From the NCBI GenBank assembly GCA_052426225.1, contig JBNJNM010000008.1, forward strand, positions 1,922,001-1,986,000: a stretch of DNA of 64,000 bases, written 5' to 3'. Below, one piece after another: positions 33,505-46,642 of this stretch (positions are counted from its first letter, which is position 1; each line of letters starts with the position of its first letter). The DNA comes from Zancudomyces culisetae HAW-14-8. Taxonomy: Eukaryota; Fungi; Kickxellomycota. The notes under the pieces are model-generated. The model ran no database searches and had not been told where the DNA came from. It worked only from the letters and a program-made list of their open reading frames with translations. The translations under genes were made by a program, and so were the position numbers.

Positions 33505-35444
33505 GAGCCTCATTTAGAAAAATGGATGCAATTTGAAATTTTATAGGTGGGTCACTAAATACAAAACTGCTCTCAACGAATGGATCTGGTAGCGTGAGAT
33601 TAAATGTGTAATAGCTAAGGGAACAAATAAAAACGCTCTATCGATAACAAGAGTACTGTGTACATATTGTTAATATAAAGTCATTAGTTTGCGAGGTGTT
33701 TTGGGGGGAGGAGTCTTTTGTGGACCAGGGATTTTTGCAAATTTATCTAATGTGTTGCTTGCCAATAAGTGCATCTGTGCTTTGGGTAGGGATGGTTTAA
33801 ATGCTGGCCTTAACCAAAATAGACGGGAAAACTTTTTTACAAAGCAATTATGCAAATTGACAAAAAAAGTGGTGGAAGGGTATGTGAAAAAGGGTCGTGA
33901 TTATAATGTTAGCAAATAACTGAACCGTTTAACCGAATCGAAAACTTTAAAATATTGACTCGTTTGTTGATAGGTGAAAGATAAATACCGCGCTTTTTTT
34001 TGATACCCTCCCATACTATCGAAATCTATGCTCTCAATGTTGGATGACTTTTTTCTTTCGTTTTATTGCTAGTCTGGGGGCTACTTCGGCATGCATTTAC
34101 ACGGACATATGAGCTCATCATGAAATACACTTGAATCTTGAGAAGAGATAATATATGGGAATAAGCACAAACTGGACCATTTTTGTAAGTGTATTTGGTT
34201 AGACCAGCTATAATTTGCATTATGTTTTATGAATAGAAAAAATCCATGCAAATCGGGGACAATTTGGTGGGTTGCAAAGAGTAAGGTAGTTGTTTCATAC
34301 TTTGATGGAAGGGAGGCGAAGAAAGGAAGAAGGAGGATCTAGCCACTTCAGATGTGAAGAAGTTCTGGCAAATGGAAGTGTGATGTTCGTGTATGATGTC
34401 TACACTTTTGTAAAACATGTTTACATTATTACTTCTGATTGATGGTTTGTCAAGTGATGGGATTTATAATTATTTTTTTGGATAATGGAGTGGATGTACA
34501 TAACCAAAGCAGCTTGCACCAAAAAATTGAAATTAAGGTTTGTATTTGATGGTATTGTTGAGGGTTGCTGCTAATTAGGCCAGGAATATTTTAACATTGG
34601 TGTTTTCCATGTCTTGAAAAATAGCTACAAATTAATTAATAATAATAATAACAACTATAATAAAAATAAATAAAAAAATAATAAAAGTAAATAAAAATTA
34701 TAATTAATACAAACAAAAATTATAATAAAAATAATTGAAAACAATTATTGGAATTGTGGATAAATTGGAAATGAGCTAAACTACGGTAGATTGAAAATGC
34801 AGTCCATCTTAATAACACAATGGGTTGAAATTTTGGTGCACATGAAATTCGCCCAGAAAACTCAAATGAAAAAGCATTATATAATAAATATTGGGTAAAG
34901 TATAAAAGCAACTGGGTTGGCATTTAGTATATAGCTTAAGAATTTGGTTCTTTACCACTATTTTTTGATAAATCATTGTCGTATGAAATACTTATACACT
35001 AAATCTTTGTATTTTTTCTTTTACTCTTTAGTGAATTTGAAAAAATATATCTACCAACAAACAGCTTTACTAAGTTGACAACTAAACTCACTATCATCAA
35101 AAGCACAAAGTCCCTTTCAAACCTAAAAAAAAGGAAACATTTTATTGTTACAAATACATATATAAATATATATAAAGGGAATTACAGAGATAAAGTTGAC
35201 ATTTTCTACTTTATGGCATTCGTGACCGGAATATATATGATTATCATACACTTGTAAAACTTGAAACATCTTTATAAACATCAAAAGCAAGAACAGGTAA
35301 ACATACACAAACAAACGCTTTAGATTCACAGTGATAACAATATAATTATAATTATACTGGCTTGGCTCCGATGTATAGTCATATCTATAACCTATTTTTC
35401 GATTACTAAAAACATAGAGCGCTTAAGAAGATATCCGAACAAAA

Positions 35445-38400
35445 ATGGCTGAAACTGTATGTGCACCTGTGTCTATTCCTGCCAAGAAGCCTTTTGGTTA
35501 TTCAATAGGTGGGAAGGCTGTCTGTCCTTTTGAAAAAAGTAAGCTATTAAATATCCGCAATACTCATCTCCAATTTTTTAAAAAAACAAAAAAATAAAAG
35601 CGGAAAAAGAGAAAAAGAGAAAGAGAAAGAGAAAGAGAAAGAGAAAAAAACAGAGGAAGAGGAAAAGAAAAATACATAATGGAATAATGAAGTGTTTCTA
35701 TGAAGAAATAACTGTGAATTTTGTGGTATCTGGTACAAAATAAATATAACTCGTCCTTGTTTATCAATTATATTAGACAAAACAGGGAGCGAAGATGGTA
35801 GCCAAAGGTCAAGATGCAATGGTACTTGGCTAAAACAGCTCATACAAACGTGGAGGGATGAGTATGACTATTGTGATAATGAGCGCGATTTGATGCTGAG
35901 TGTCAACTCAAGCACTGACAAACTCTGGAGGTTGTATGTCAAATCTTGGAACATTTTACCTGATGGTGACAGGACCAAGAATATGCTCTGGAGAATGAGT
36001 GTTCCAAAACATGACAAAAAGTGTGTGGGAAGTGGATCAATATTCAGCGATGAAGACAGCAAATCAGACGTCAGCCACAACGACCAAGACTTTAAAAACA
36101 CAAGCCTACACAAGGTTTTGTGTAATCTGGGGAAAGAGGATGTAATAAGTAAGAGGGATAGGCACAGCGATGTTGATTCACTTGAGACTCGAAGCCATAG
36201 TGGGAGGGGTATGACGGGAATTTCAGAAGAGTCTGCTAGTGCCAACTCTGAACCAATGCATGTCGATCTCAATTATAAAAAGGCGGAGTCAAGTAATGGA
36301 TACCATCTGTTTGGAGTAAAGGAATACGAGACAGAGTCCATAAACGAATTTCCTGGAAAAAGAACAACATTTCTATATAGAAAGAGCAATAGTTGTAGTG
36401 ACTTGCGTAAAGCCGAGCAGGATGCGCGCACTAAAGGAAAAAAACTCATAGAGAGGGAGCAAAAGCCTATCTTGACAGAAAACAAAAGGTTATGTAACGC
36501 TTGCTGCGCGAAGTGCAACGTAGGGATTAGCGGTGTGAAGGCTGGTTTATGCATGGACATGAGATGTATTTTGGGTAGTGAATGTTCCTGTAACGACGAG
36601 CTACAAAAAGCCGAAGCATTAAATACTTGGCTTAACAACAGTATAGAAAATGAAATTAAAGGAGAACTTGAGGATGGAGAAGGACTCATGCATAACATGG
36701 GTACAGATTTTGCTGGTAACAACTCATTTCTCAACATATCCACGTATGATGGGGCTGGTTTCGCCAATCCAATGGGGATGGTTGAGGATATTGCTACTAA
36801 GGCAGGAAAGAAGCCGACAACCGGTAAAAGCAAAGCTAAAAAAGCACAAGCTATGAAAAGGAAGTTGTTGGAGGTAAGCAAGAGGCTAAAGAATTATGCC
36901 AAGATACCTGGTGCAACTGAAATACTTGAGAATGCATGGAAGAATGGTGGTAAGGGGTTTCATTTTGATCAGAAGGCTGATGAAAACCAGAATATCGTAA
37001 ACCTCTATCTAGAAGCACTCATCAATCAGAACAAGGGTTCAAATATGGCGCAAAATAGTATAGAGAAATATCTGAGCTTGTCTACAAAGAGCAACAATGA
37101 TGTAATTGTTGATTCAACTGACGACTGCGAGTTTACAAAGCAAATGAGATTGCATGTAGGTGGGCAGAATCTTGCCAGCCAAGCAGCAAATAACACACTC
37201 AAGACAGAAGATGCACTGATGCCATTTATTAAACTTAATGAGGCGCATAAGCTGTTAAGTGATAATCCTTTGGGTCTGAACATGAATTTCAACAATTTTG
37301 ATAGCAAAAATGTTGAAACTGGATTTAAAAACACATTTGACCTCTCTACAGTTAATGCACAAGGTTTAGAACAAGCAGTAGCCACCAATCTCAATCTTTC
37401 TCAGGACACAAGCTTTGTCAGCCAGAGTTCAAACAGTCAAACATGTGCAAATTTCGATCTAGGAAACAGAGTATCCAACAAAGAGGTTATTGAAAAGTTT
37501 TTCTTGGGCTTGGATCCAAATACTGCGCGAGGTGCATCTGGTGATTTGAAGGCTGTCTTAAACAAACTGAATCTTGGATCTGACCTTGGGGAAATTGAAC
37601 GCAGGGTAAACTTTTCAGAAGCCAGCAAACAAAAGATTGTGGAGACTCTAGTCAAGAAGGAGATGGAGCGATACAATCTTGCTGCTCTGAATGCCTTTTA
37701 TGCCGATTTGATACGTGGAAGCAATGCATCAGATACTACAAATATCGATCAATCGTGGCTATGCTTTAAAGATGCAGACCCAAACAACAACAATGAGTTA
37801 AACAAATTTGTTGATCCTGCCCTGATCAACAGAGCTAGCTCTGCTGATGATTCTCATAGCAGCTCTGATGAGACTCTTCTCCAGCAAAAGGCTGCATTGG
37901 AAAAGAATCTATGTCTAGATAAAATCCTTTCTTCTGGTAACCAACTTCTAGACGATACACAGCTTGCCTGGAACAACACCTATGATTTCAACCAGGTTTA
38001 TGATGTTCTCGCTGGCGGTGACTCCAAAAAGAAAAAGAGAAAATGTGATGATCCTGAAGCCAAAAAAAACAAAAAACTTAAAAAATATGTAACAAAGCCT
38101 CCAAAGAATCAAGAAAAAAGACTCAAAAATAACAAAATATACCGCGGTAATGACTCCAATACTGACTCACCTGATGCCGCCAACGGAGGTAGTAACGGTA
38201 CTGAAAATGGTGCATCCCACAGCGAGTCCTCAAATAGAAGAAATGGTGAGGAAAAGACAAGGTGCTCCAACTGTAATACCGAAAAGACCCCGCTATGGCG
38301 AAGAGACAACAGCAGTGGAAAGCCTCTTTGCAACGCATGTGGCCTATTCTACAAGTTACATGGTGTCAACCGTCCAATGAGTCTTAAAACAAATGTTATT

Positions 38401-38778
38401 AAAAAGCGTAATCGCAAAACAAATAATAATAATAATAATGGTAATGTTAATGGTAATAATCCCAGCGTTGCCGGAAGCTCTAACGGAACCCTTTCTGGTG
38501 AGCAAAAAAAGCAAGATGACTCAAACGCGTCTACTGGTGCTAATTTGCTGGACTCTTCCGAAAAGGCACTTGTAAATCCCACTCAGGGTTTTGACCTTTT
38601 TGGAAACCTCGATTCCCTAAACACCGAAAACAATAATCAACCTTGTAACACTAGCCTTAATACAACCCCGAACGAAGTTTTGGGTTCAAAGACTAACAAC
38701 CCTAGTAACGATAGTAACTTTGGAACCGAATCTATTGGATCCTTTGATGTAAATTATTTCGATTTTTTGGCATTTTAG
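35445..38778 (+). CDS. AreA/Gat1-like GATA zinc-finger transcription factor; exons 35445-35538 and 35777-38778
   Basis: DUF1752-like [26 protein letters not shown]; finger [51 protein letters not shown]; a GTAAG...TAG intron joins exon 1 in frame. Confidence 0.9.
35606..35645 (+). repeat. Intronic (AAAGAG)n repeat
   Basis: aaagagaaaaagagaaagagaaagagaaagagaaagagaa in the GATA intron. Confidence 0.75.
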
Positions 38779-38943
38779 TTTTGTTCTGTCCTCCCCTCCC
38801 TGCTCTTTTTTTATTTTCCTTTGTTAACAAAAAAAATAAATGCATTAAGAAATCCAGTATAGTGAAAACTTAGTTGGTTAAACCTTAAACAAAAATTGTT
38901 TTTTTTTCTAAAGAGAAAAGCTTGTGCTTTTGCAAATTTCTAG

Positions 38944-39102
38944 AAAATCCAAGGCCCTTTGGCTCTCCTTGGAGATGAGCCAGGAGTATTATCTTGAATG
39001 AACTGGCTAAGAGCAGAAACGACCTCACTGAATCAACAGCTGGTTTCTACGAGGTGACTCCTAGTGGTACAGTAAGAGGGGGTTGCTCAACAACATATGA
39101 GT
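38944..39102. other. Candidate structured RNA element (H-type pseudoknot plus helices), class unknown
   Basis: GC-richer island with stems TCCAAGG/CCTTGGA, TGGCTC/GAGCCA, AGGAGT/ACTCCT, AGAAAC/GTTTCT, AGCCAG/CTGGCT and GCTCA/TGAGT. Confidence 0.3.
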
Positions 39103-39827
39103 GTAGAATGTGATTTGTGTTGTTTTATAATGTTTACTTGATAAATACATTGAGCAAAAAAAAAAGCAGAAAAGAAAATAGACCAACACATGCTCATCAT
39201 TTCCCACTATTCACTGTATTACAGCAGCATTGTCTGAAGAAACATAAGAGCATCTCATGGAAATTTCGAGAATATTTAACAACGCATCATCAACACTTTT
39301 CTAACTGAAGCAATGTTAAAAAGCTTGTTTTCGACAAAAAAAAATAAAAAACCCACACCACACCACACCACACCACCCATGTGATCAATTGGGTTTTGTT
39401 GTGAGCTGGTTTATCTAAGAGCAGCACAAACTAAAAGAATATGCATAATTTCTGGCTCCATATGAATATTTCATTTGTTGACTTTTTTTTTTTTTTTTTT
39501 TGATATCATGAATAAATGGAGTTTTCTCGGTAAAACCGTAAGAAAAAAAAAGCCCAATTACTAGAGGATAGATAGGCAGCGAGAGTTTGCCATCACGTTT
39601 TTCTTCCACTAAAATTGCAGCTTGCAGAGCCCTGCATAGTCTTTTTTTTTCTGACCAAGCCTCCTATTTAACCATCACTTGGGAAAAAAGGGCTCTTCTT
39701 TTTTTTTTTTCTTTAAGAGAATATAAAGGAAACTTTGTTAACTAAGGGTCAGAACAAGAACCAAATTACTAATAAGAACCGTATATCATCGCTTATTACT
39801 ACCGAAATAAGTACACAGTTATACGAA

Positions 39828-40869
39828 ATGGAGCACTCAACACTGATGCGGGCTTTTCGCCAAGTAGATAACTATTTTGTGAATTTGCCTGGGTTAAAGG
39901 GATTCTTCGAAGCTACAGGGTACCCCCTTCTGGCTACCAATTGGCCGACAATATTGTTTTGGACCCTATTCTTTCATTTTGTCTCCAACTCAAGCTTAAT
40001 ACTTCTGGCTATTATAAAGCGACAAAAGATCGAAAAAATTGATAAAAAGCTACAAATGAGCTGGCGCTCACATGTTACCTCACAGGTACACGCCTTAGTA
40101 GCTGTAGCATTTTCTTTGACAGCTCTGTATCAGAATAATCTGGCTGACGATCGTGTTCACGGATTCGACAAGTTGATTTTGAGTGCAACTAATTTTTCAC
40201 TGGGGTAATCTTTTTACTTTTTTTGTGTCTGATGCTTTTCGGAGGAGTAAACCTGTTGATATTTCTTAATACAGGGATCTCGAATGAGATCTCGATTACA
40301 TACTAGGTGTTTTTTGATGCTCAGCGTTTAGTATACTGTGGCTAAGTAGGAAAAAAACTCACTTTTTCACCTTTGTTGTTTTGACTATTTATAGATACTT
40401 CCTCTGGGACCTACACCTGTGTATCATCGATTTTTCCGGACAGGGTCCTCAATTTCTCGCTCATGCCGTTCTTGGCGCCTTGAATCTGGTTCCACCATAT
40501 GTTCCCAATGTTATGTACTATGTGCCTGTGTTCTTATTTTTTGAAGCCAGTACTATTTTTTTAAATATGGTGTGGTTCTGCGACAAAGTCGGGCTTTCTG
40601 GGTCTACTTTTCAGCTTGTTAATGGTGTATTACTCGCCATCGTTTTCTTTTTTGTCCGGTTGGTATTTGGAACGTTAAAGATGATTCAGTTCTATAAAGA
40701 TGTTGCTATTGATGCTGAAAACGTTGGAATCATGCTGTATATCCTAGCCCATCTCTCGATCACAGTATTCTGGAGCTTGAACGTATTTTGGTTCTACAAG
40801 ATAGTGCAGTCAATTATTAAAAAATGCAAGGCATCCGTGGCAACAAAAGTGGATTTGAAAAAGGAATAA
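39828..40869 (+). CDS. TLC (TRAM-LAG1-CLN8) domain membrane protein, TMEM56/Tda4-like; exons 39828-40204 and 40395-40869
   Basis: WRSHVTSQVHA, SLG|YFLWD, FLAHAV, FEASTIFLN.VWFCDK, NGVLL..FFFVRLVFG, LNVFWFYKIV; several hydrophobic segments. Confidence 0.9.
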
Positions 40870-41304
40870 TCCTTGGAAAGCCATTTTTCGAAAATTCCAT
40901 GTTAATAGATATGTTAATGGACTAAACTTGGATGACATGGGATTTTCCTCCTTAAATATCGCTATTTAGCTTTTTTACCAGTATTTTTTTATTTATCATT
41001 TTTGGTAGAAGTACCATTGCATAAACTGACTCTTAATAAATATTTTCCTCATTGCTTTTCCTATTACACACACATCACTTATCTTGGAAACCAAGATAAA
41101 AGTCTAGTTTTGCTGCCAAAATTTCCAGGAGCCAATAGTAATTAGAACATCTGCTTTTTTAGCTTTACTTTTTATTTTTTGAAACACAATTCAGAACCGA
41201 TTTGTTGATGTTTCTCGGCGTTTTTATAATAAAACACACTTCCAAGATATACAATCCAACAAAGCAAAATATAAATGGACTATTAAATAGATAAAATAAA
41301 TAAA

Positions 41305-42877
41305 ATGCTTAGAGTCAGCAGTAGAACCATTTCAACAATCAAATTTCAACAATCTGTATTTGCCAATATCGTTAGAGGTGTTGGCTTTAATCAGGAAACT
41401 AAGAGATCGATAAGCACAAAAAATGCAGTTTTATTCAGAGACTACAGTAATTAACACCACTATTACACACTAAAAAAGATATCTAATACCTAAAAAAAAT
41501 ACCTCGATTTTGTTTTTAAAAGTATTAATACCAATAATTTATTGCTAAACTACTGATTTCTATGAAATCGTGGAGCGTTAATAATTTCTAGACCATGTTG
41601 AATAAATAGATGGAAGAAATAGAGATTGGCGAGGAACCTATCGCAGAGATAAGGAGCTGGAAAAAGAGCGATTCGAGAGAAGCAGGCGAGAATCAATGTC
41701 GAGAGACCAAACCAAGGAACAATACTACGACGAAAACTTGTATGATAGGGTACCGGTATTAAATTCACAGAGCCCGGCGGCAGAAATACTGTCACAGGGT
41801 ATCCTGGGGATAACAAGAAACGTCGAATTCCTTAACATAATTGCGGTAAGCGGTGCTTATTAGTATCATTGCTTTGGTTTTGACTTTTCTGAGTTGTTTT
41901 AGTTTTGAGGGTTATTAATGGTTGGTAAGAATTTGGATGAGGTCAATTCTGTATAAAACTAATAATAAATCGGGGGTGTGAGAGATTAGGGCTTTGAGCA
42001 AAGTAATAAGTATGCTTTACTGGACGAGAGAGGTTTTACCATGGGGTACATGCTTGAAGATGAATCATTCATGTCCGTTATAATGCGCCAGGTGTTTAGA
42101 TTACATAGACCATTCACTGTGAGAATACTCGATTCACGGGGTGAGCCAGTACTTATTGTAAGCAAACCACACTTTAAAAATAATATAAATGTTTTGTTCT
42201 TTGAATGTTTTATCTTGTTTACAAAAAAGAACAGAGTCGTTATTTTTTACTCAAAGATACCAGAGATGATTATACAAGTGAAAACTCGTATGATAAAACT
42301 AGGTGAGTAGAAAGTTTAGTATCATAAACAGCAGAATATCTGTGTTCGATATGAATGGGAATAAAATTGGGGAAACACATCAAGAATGGCACCCATTCCG
42401 GCGAAGGTACAATCTTTTTGTAAACAACATTCAGTTTGGAAGGGTGGATGCACCTTTCCTATCTTGGAGTTTCAGAGTTGTCAACGAGGAGCAAGAGCTT
42501 CTTGCATCTATTGATAGAGGGTTCATTGGTTTCGGGATGGAGGTATGTTTTATCTTTTTTTTCCTTTTTTACAAGAGAATGCTGTGACATTAGAAACGTA
42601 TACGCGAGTTAAAAGCAAACCAATTAACTGTATATAATTAATTGAGTAGCTATTGACAGATGCCGGTCAGTACTCACTTAGGATGGACCCAGGAATTTTG
42701 CAACGTGATATGGAAAATGGGGCTATTTCTAGTGGCTTTTTGCGCAATCAGGTTGGGCTGGACCGCATCTATCCTAGAGTTTTAACGTATGATGAGAGAG
42801 CTGTTTTGCTTGCTTGCGCAATTTCTGTTGATTTCGATTACTTTTCACGACATTCAAGCCATACACCCTACCATTAG
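41305..42877 (+). CDS. AIM25: Phospholipid scramblase family protein, Aim25-like, probably mitochondrial; exons 41305-41446, 41610-41845, 41990-42157, 42303-42542, 42650-42877
   Basis: ITRNVEFLNIIA|GFEQSNKY, RQVFRLHRPF, GETHQEWHPFRRRYNLF, VDAPFLSW, TDAGQY, ERAVLLACAISVDFDYFSRHS. Confidence 0.9.
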
Positions 42878-43126
42878 TTTATTTTTCCAAAAAAATATTA
42901 GAAATGAAAAAACGCCAAAATTTTATACGCAGGCTTAAAATTTTTATAAATCAAAAAGCGAGTTCCAAAAAAAATTAGCAAATTTGTTTTTCTTGTGCAG
43001 TTTTTCATAATTCTTGGATCATACATAAATATAAATATTTATGTTTGACAATCAAAATTACCATATTTTCCACAAGTATATATTTGGTGAAAACGAGTAA
43101 AAAAAAATTGATAAAGCGGCTACAAG

Positions 43127-43904
43127 ATGGAGGTAATCGAAAAGCAATGTGCCCTCTTGTCGAACTACGAAGTGTACAAATTCAACAGCGAATGCGAAAA
43201 AAAGGTTATTCAGAGTGGGCAACAGCTAAACAATATTGGAAATCTTCGTACAATTGAATTGGAGGTAATAAATTTGGATAAATATTCAAACGAGAGGTTT
43301 TTCTTATGACTTTATGTTGTTTTTGGAATTTCAGATATCATTAAATTTATAAATATTTGAAAAATTTGATCCTTTTATTACTAATAGCTGTTTACCAATA
43401 TATTTTCCAAAACTATAGACCTTAAATTATTTTAAGAATACCAAAATTGCTGAACAAACCGACGAAAAAATAATCAATTATCTGGAGAAACTAAAGGCAT
43501 ACAGTCTTACGAAGGCCGAAAAACTTCAAATTCTAAATGTTTGCCCTGATAAGGAAGTAGATTTGTATTTGGTACGTTCAATCAGTCTTACTTTTATCAC
43601 AAGACATATCTGTCACTTTATTTTTGATGCCTCGCTGCTTCATTTTGTCGCGTATTGCACCATTTGTGTGTATAACCTACTTTGATTATGATCACACATA
43701 TTCATAAATACCAGTTCTTTTAGCTGATGACTGAATATGAAAATATGATAGATTATCGAAGAATCTGAAGAAAGGTTTACTCCAGAACAAATTACCGAAA
43801 TGCTAGCAGTCATACAAGAAACTCTGATTGGTGAAGTTCAAGAGGATCAAGAAGGTCAAGAAGGGCAAGAGGTTCAAGAAGACCAAGAAGAACCGGTATG
43901 GTGA
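43127..43904 (+). CDS. RPC17: RNA polymerase III subunit C17/RPC9 (Rpb4 family); exons 43127-43264, 43419-43571, 43752-43904
   Basis: ALLSNYEV, NLRTIELE|TLNY, LTKAEKLQILN, YL|IIEESEERF; E/Q-rich tail. The 3' end is uncertain (GTATGG at 43896 could be another donor). Confidence 0.88.
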
Positions 43905-45116
43905 CAGGAATGCATTTTAAAATATGCTGGTGTATCACTCACCAATGTTGTTGGCAGCGATATTATCCCAATATTTGGGCTAAACCTTGTCATTTAAATT
44001 TAGCTACACTAACTACAGCCTTTTCTGTCACTGTGGCCTGTATCATACAACATCTATTTAGCTTTGGTCTTATTTATAATGTTATTTTTTCAATACTCTC
44101 CAATATACGTATATCCACTCGTGATGTTATAAAAAACGTTAATTGTGGTTAGATTATAGAATAAACTTGGAAATATGTTGGAGTTATTAGTGAGCTTGAA
44201 ATAATTGTTTTCTTTCGATGACGAATGGTTTCTTAAAAAAAACTAAAAAAACAATATTTATTGGGATTTGTTTGTTTAAAAGCAGTATTAGCTATTTACT
44301 AGTTGGTAGCTGTTATATTTAGGCGCTGTATACTTGATATTTGATTTTTATTCACAGCAATAGAAGTATTAAAAAGAGTAGTTGTATATAATAAGCCCAA
44401 GGCAACATTTTATTGTTTATAAACTGAAAACGTTAATTTTACTCATTTGAAAAGTTTTATGTATATATCATGGTAAACGCTCAGTTATACCTGAACATAA
44501 ATATCCAAAATAAACGAGCTGATTCTCCTTCATCCTGAAAACAGATATTCAATAGTGGAACATTTCGTCCAGCTGGACTAAGGTATACGTGCAATTTCCA
44601 CAGATATATAGCATATATAGCTTTCGTGATCATTTCTTGATTCTTTGAGGGGTTTATATGTTTTTAACCAGTTTAAAAATTAAAGTTTTTTGAAGGAATT
44701 AGTTGTGCTACCTCGATAACATTTTTTTCTCAATGTTTATTTCCCACTTTGTTTTTTGCAATATTTTTGTTAGTAAAACTAAAAGTTCAGATATCTTCCA
44801 TCTATTTGTGGAATGGTGGAAAGCTAGTAGTGGTTTTTTTCCTCCATGAACTGCTTTCTTTTTGTGGAATAAATGGATGTTTTTATATTATACAGCATAG
44901 CAAACTCATGATTTTATTATATTGTGTTCGAATGTTTTCCTGTCCTTTTCATTGGTCTGCCCTTTATTCTATTTTGCTTGGTATAAAGCAAGATCAAGTG
45001 TTCAGATTGTAAAAAAAACATTAAAAAAATTATAGATATTAAACAACTGAACACTAAACGGAGATATAAAGGGGTTTTTTGCCATCACATATACTAGCCT
45101 TGCATAGAATACAAAA

Positions 45117-46355
45117 ATGAGTAAAAGAGCAATCGGTAGCGGTATTAAAACGATTAATTTACTGAAACAAAGAATGAGTAATAATTCTTTCAGAAATATA
45201 AGCACAACCCAGAATCTGCTGAACAAAAGCAATTCGGTAGACCAGGAAGAGGTAAATAAATTTAGCAGGATCAGCGACCAGTGGTGGGATCCAAAGGGGC
45301 CTTTCTTGCCATTACATTCGATGAATCCTACTAGGGTATCATATGTTCGTGAAATGTACAAAGATCTGGTGTATGCAAAAACAACAGATCGCAAAGATTT
45401 GAAAAAGAAAATCCAAGAATACGACAGCAACCCACTCCCATTTAAAGGCGTTTCAATTGTGGATGTAGGTTGTGGTGGAGGATTTCTATCAGAGGTAGGG
45501 AAACAATAAAGCAGATAATATATATATAATATATAACATTGATATTATTTATAGCCTGTTTGTCGAGTAAACAGTGGAAGTGCAAAGAAAAATAATATTA
45601 AAAAATACAAGTATATATAACAGTAGTATAATATATACAATAAAATAAAATAGTCTTTGGCCAGGTTAGGAGGAAACGTACTTGGAATAGATGCTTCGGA
45701 GGAAAACGTCAACGTGGCAAGAATTCACTCAGAGAAAGATCCACAGCTCAATTCAAGACATAATTCCCTGACATATCTCCAAACTACAGCAGGTAAGTCT
45801 TGATTTTCTAGCATTGGCAATATAGTTCTCGCTCTTGGACTGCTAAAACTGATTATTTAAGACCTAAGATCTAAGTCTTAAAAGTTAAAAAAATGAAAGA
45901 AAAGAAAAGCTTGCAGATTTACAAAAGGATTGAAATGATAAATAGAATCACTTGTGGAGCAAAAGAGGGAGTTTGATATGGTTGTGTCGATGGAGGTGAT
46001 TGAACATGTGGCAGACTACAAGGAATTTGCTACTTCGCTATGCAACCTGACCAAACCAGGAGGAGTAATATTTCTATCCACAATGAACAGAACACTGCTA
46101 GCAAAGTTATTGTGTATAACAATCCCAGAGCATATTTTCAATGTAGTACCGAAGGGTACTCATGACTACCACAAGTTTGTAAAGCCTGAAGAAATAGCAA
46201 GAGCATTTAGCGATAATGGGCTTTCCTGCAAAGTTGTTGATACCAAAGGAATATGGTACAACCCGCTATTTAATGACTGGAAGTTGGTGAACAAGACCGC
46301 ATTATTGGATAGCACTTGTGCAAATTACATGCTAGCTGCTGTCAAAATCAAATAG
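45117..46355 (+). CDS. COQ3: Ubiquinone biosynthesis O-methyltransferase; exons 45117-45494, 45654-45792, 45946-46355
   Basis: WWDPKGPFLPLHSMNPTR, VDVGCGGGFLSE|SLARLG, GIDAS, EVIEHV, VPKGTHDYHKFVKPEE. Confidence 0.96.
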
Positions 46356-46519
46356 TTTTTTTTTGAAAGAGAGTCATCATATGAGAGCTATAGGAAAAGG
46401 GGGAATAATCGCAGCAAATAGTATCGTTTATAGAGTTTGTGATATTGTGTTGCTGTTAATATCAAAGTTTTATTCTTATTATCTACATTTTACCAGTAAA
46501 TCAACATCCCACTATATAA

Positions 46520-46556
46520 TATATGTATGTGTATATGTATATGTATATGTATATAT
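46520..46556 (+). repeat. (TATATG)n microsatellite between the convergent COQ3 and RPA43 genes
   Basis: tatatgtatgtgtatatgtatatgtatatgtatatat. Confidence 0.7.
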
Positions 46557-46642
46557 TCATTTTCTTTCACCACAAAGAAGGGGTGAGGTCTAAACGGGAT
46601 GAAAAATGATAAAGTGAAACAGGGGTATCATTAATCTATTGT

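Noticed and set aside
5656-38778. Apparent nitrogen cluster (GCN2, arginase, AreA-like)
   Set aside because: Genes are interspersed with unrelated housekeeping genes, with no evidence of functional clustering. The same applies to RBA50/RPC17/RPA43.
43902-43904. TGA at the end of RPC17 as possible selenocysteine (some early fungi use Sec)
   Set aside because: It follows an unconserved acidic tail, the family has no Sec member I know of, and no SECIS was seen. No in-frame UGA was found in any other gene here.
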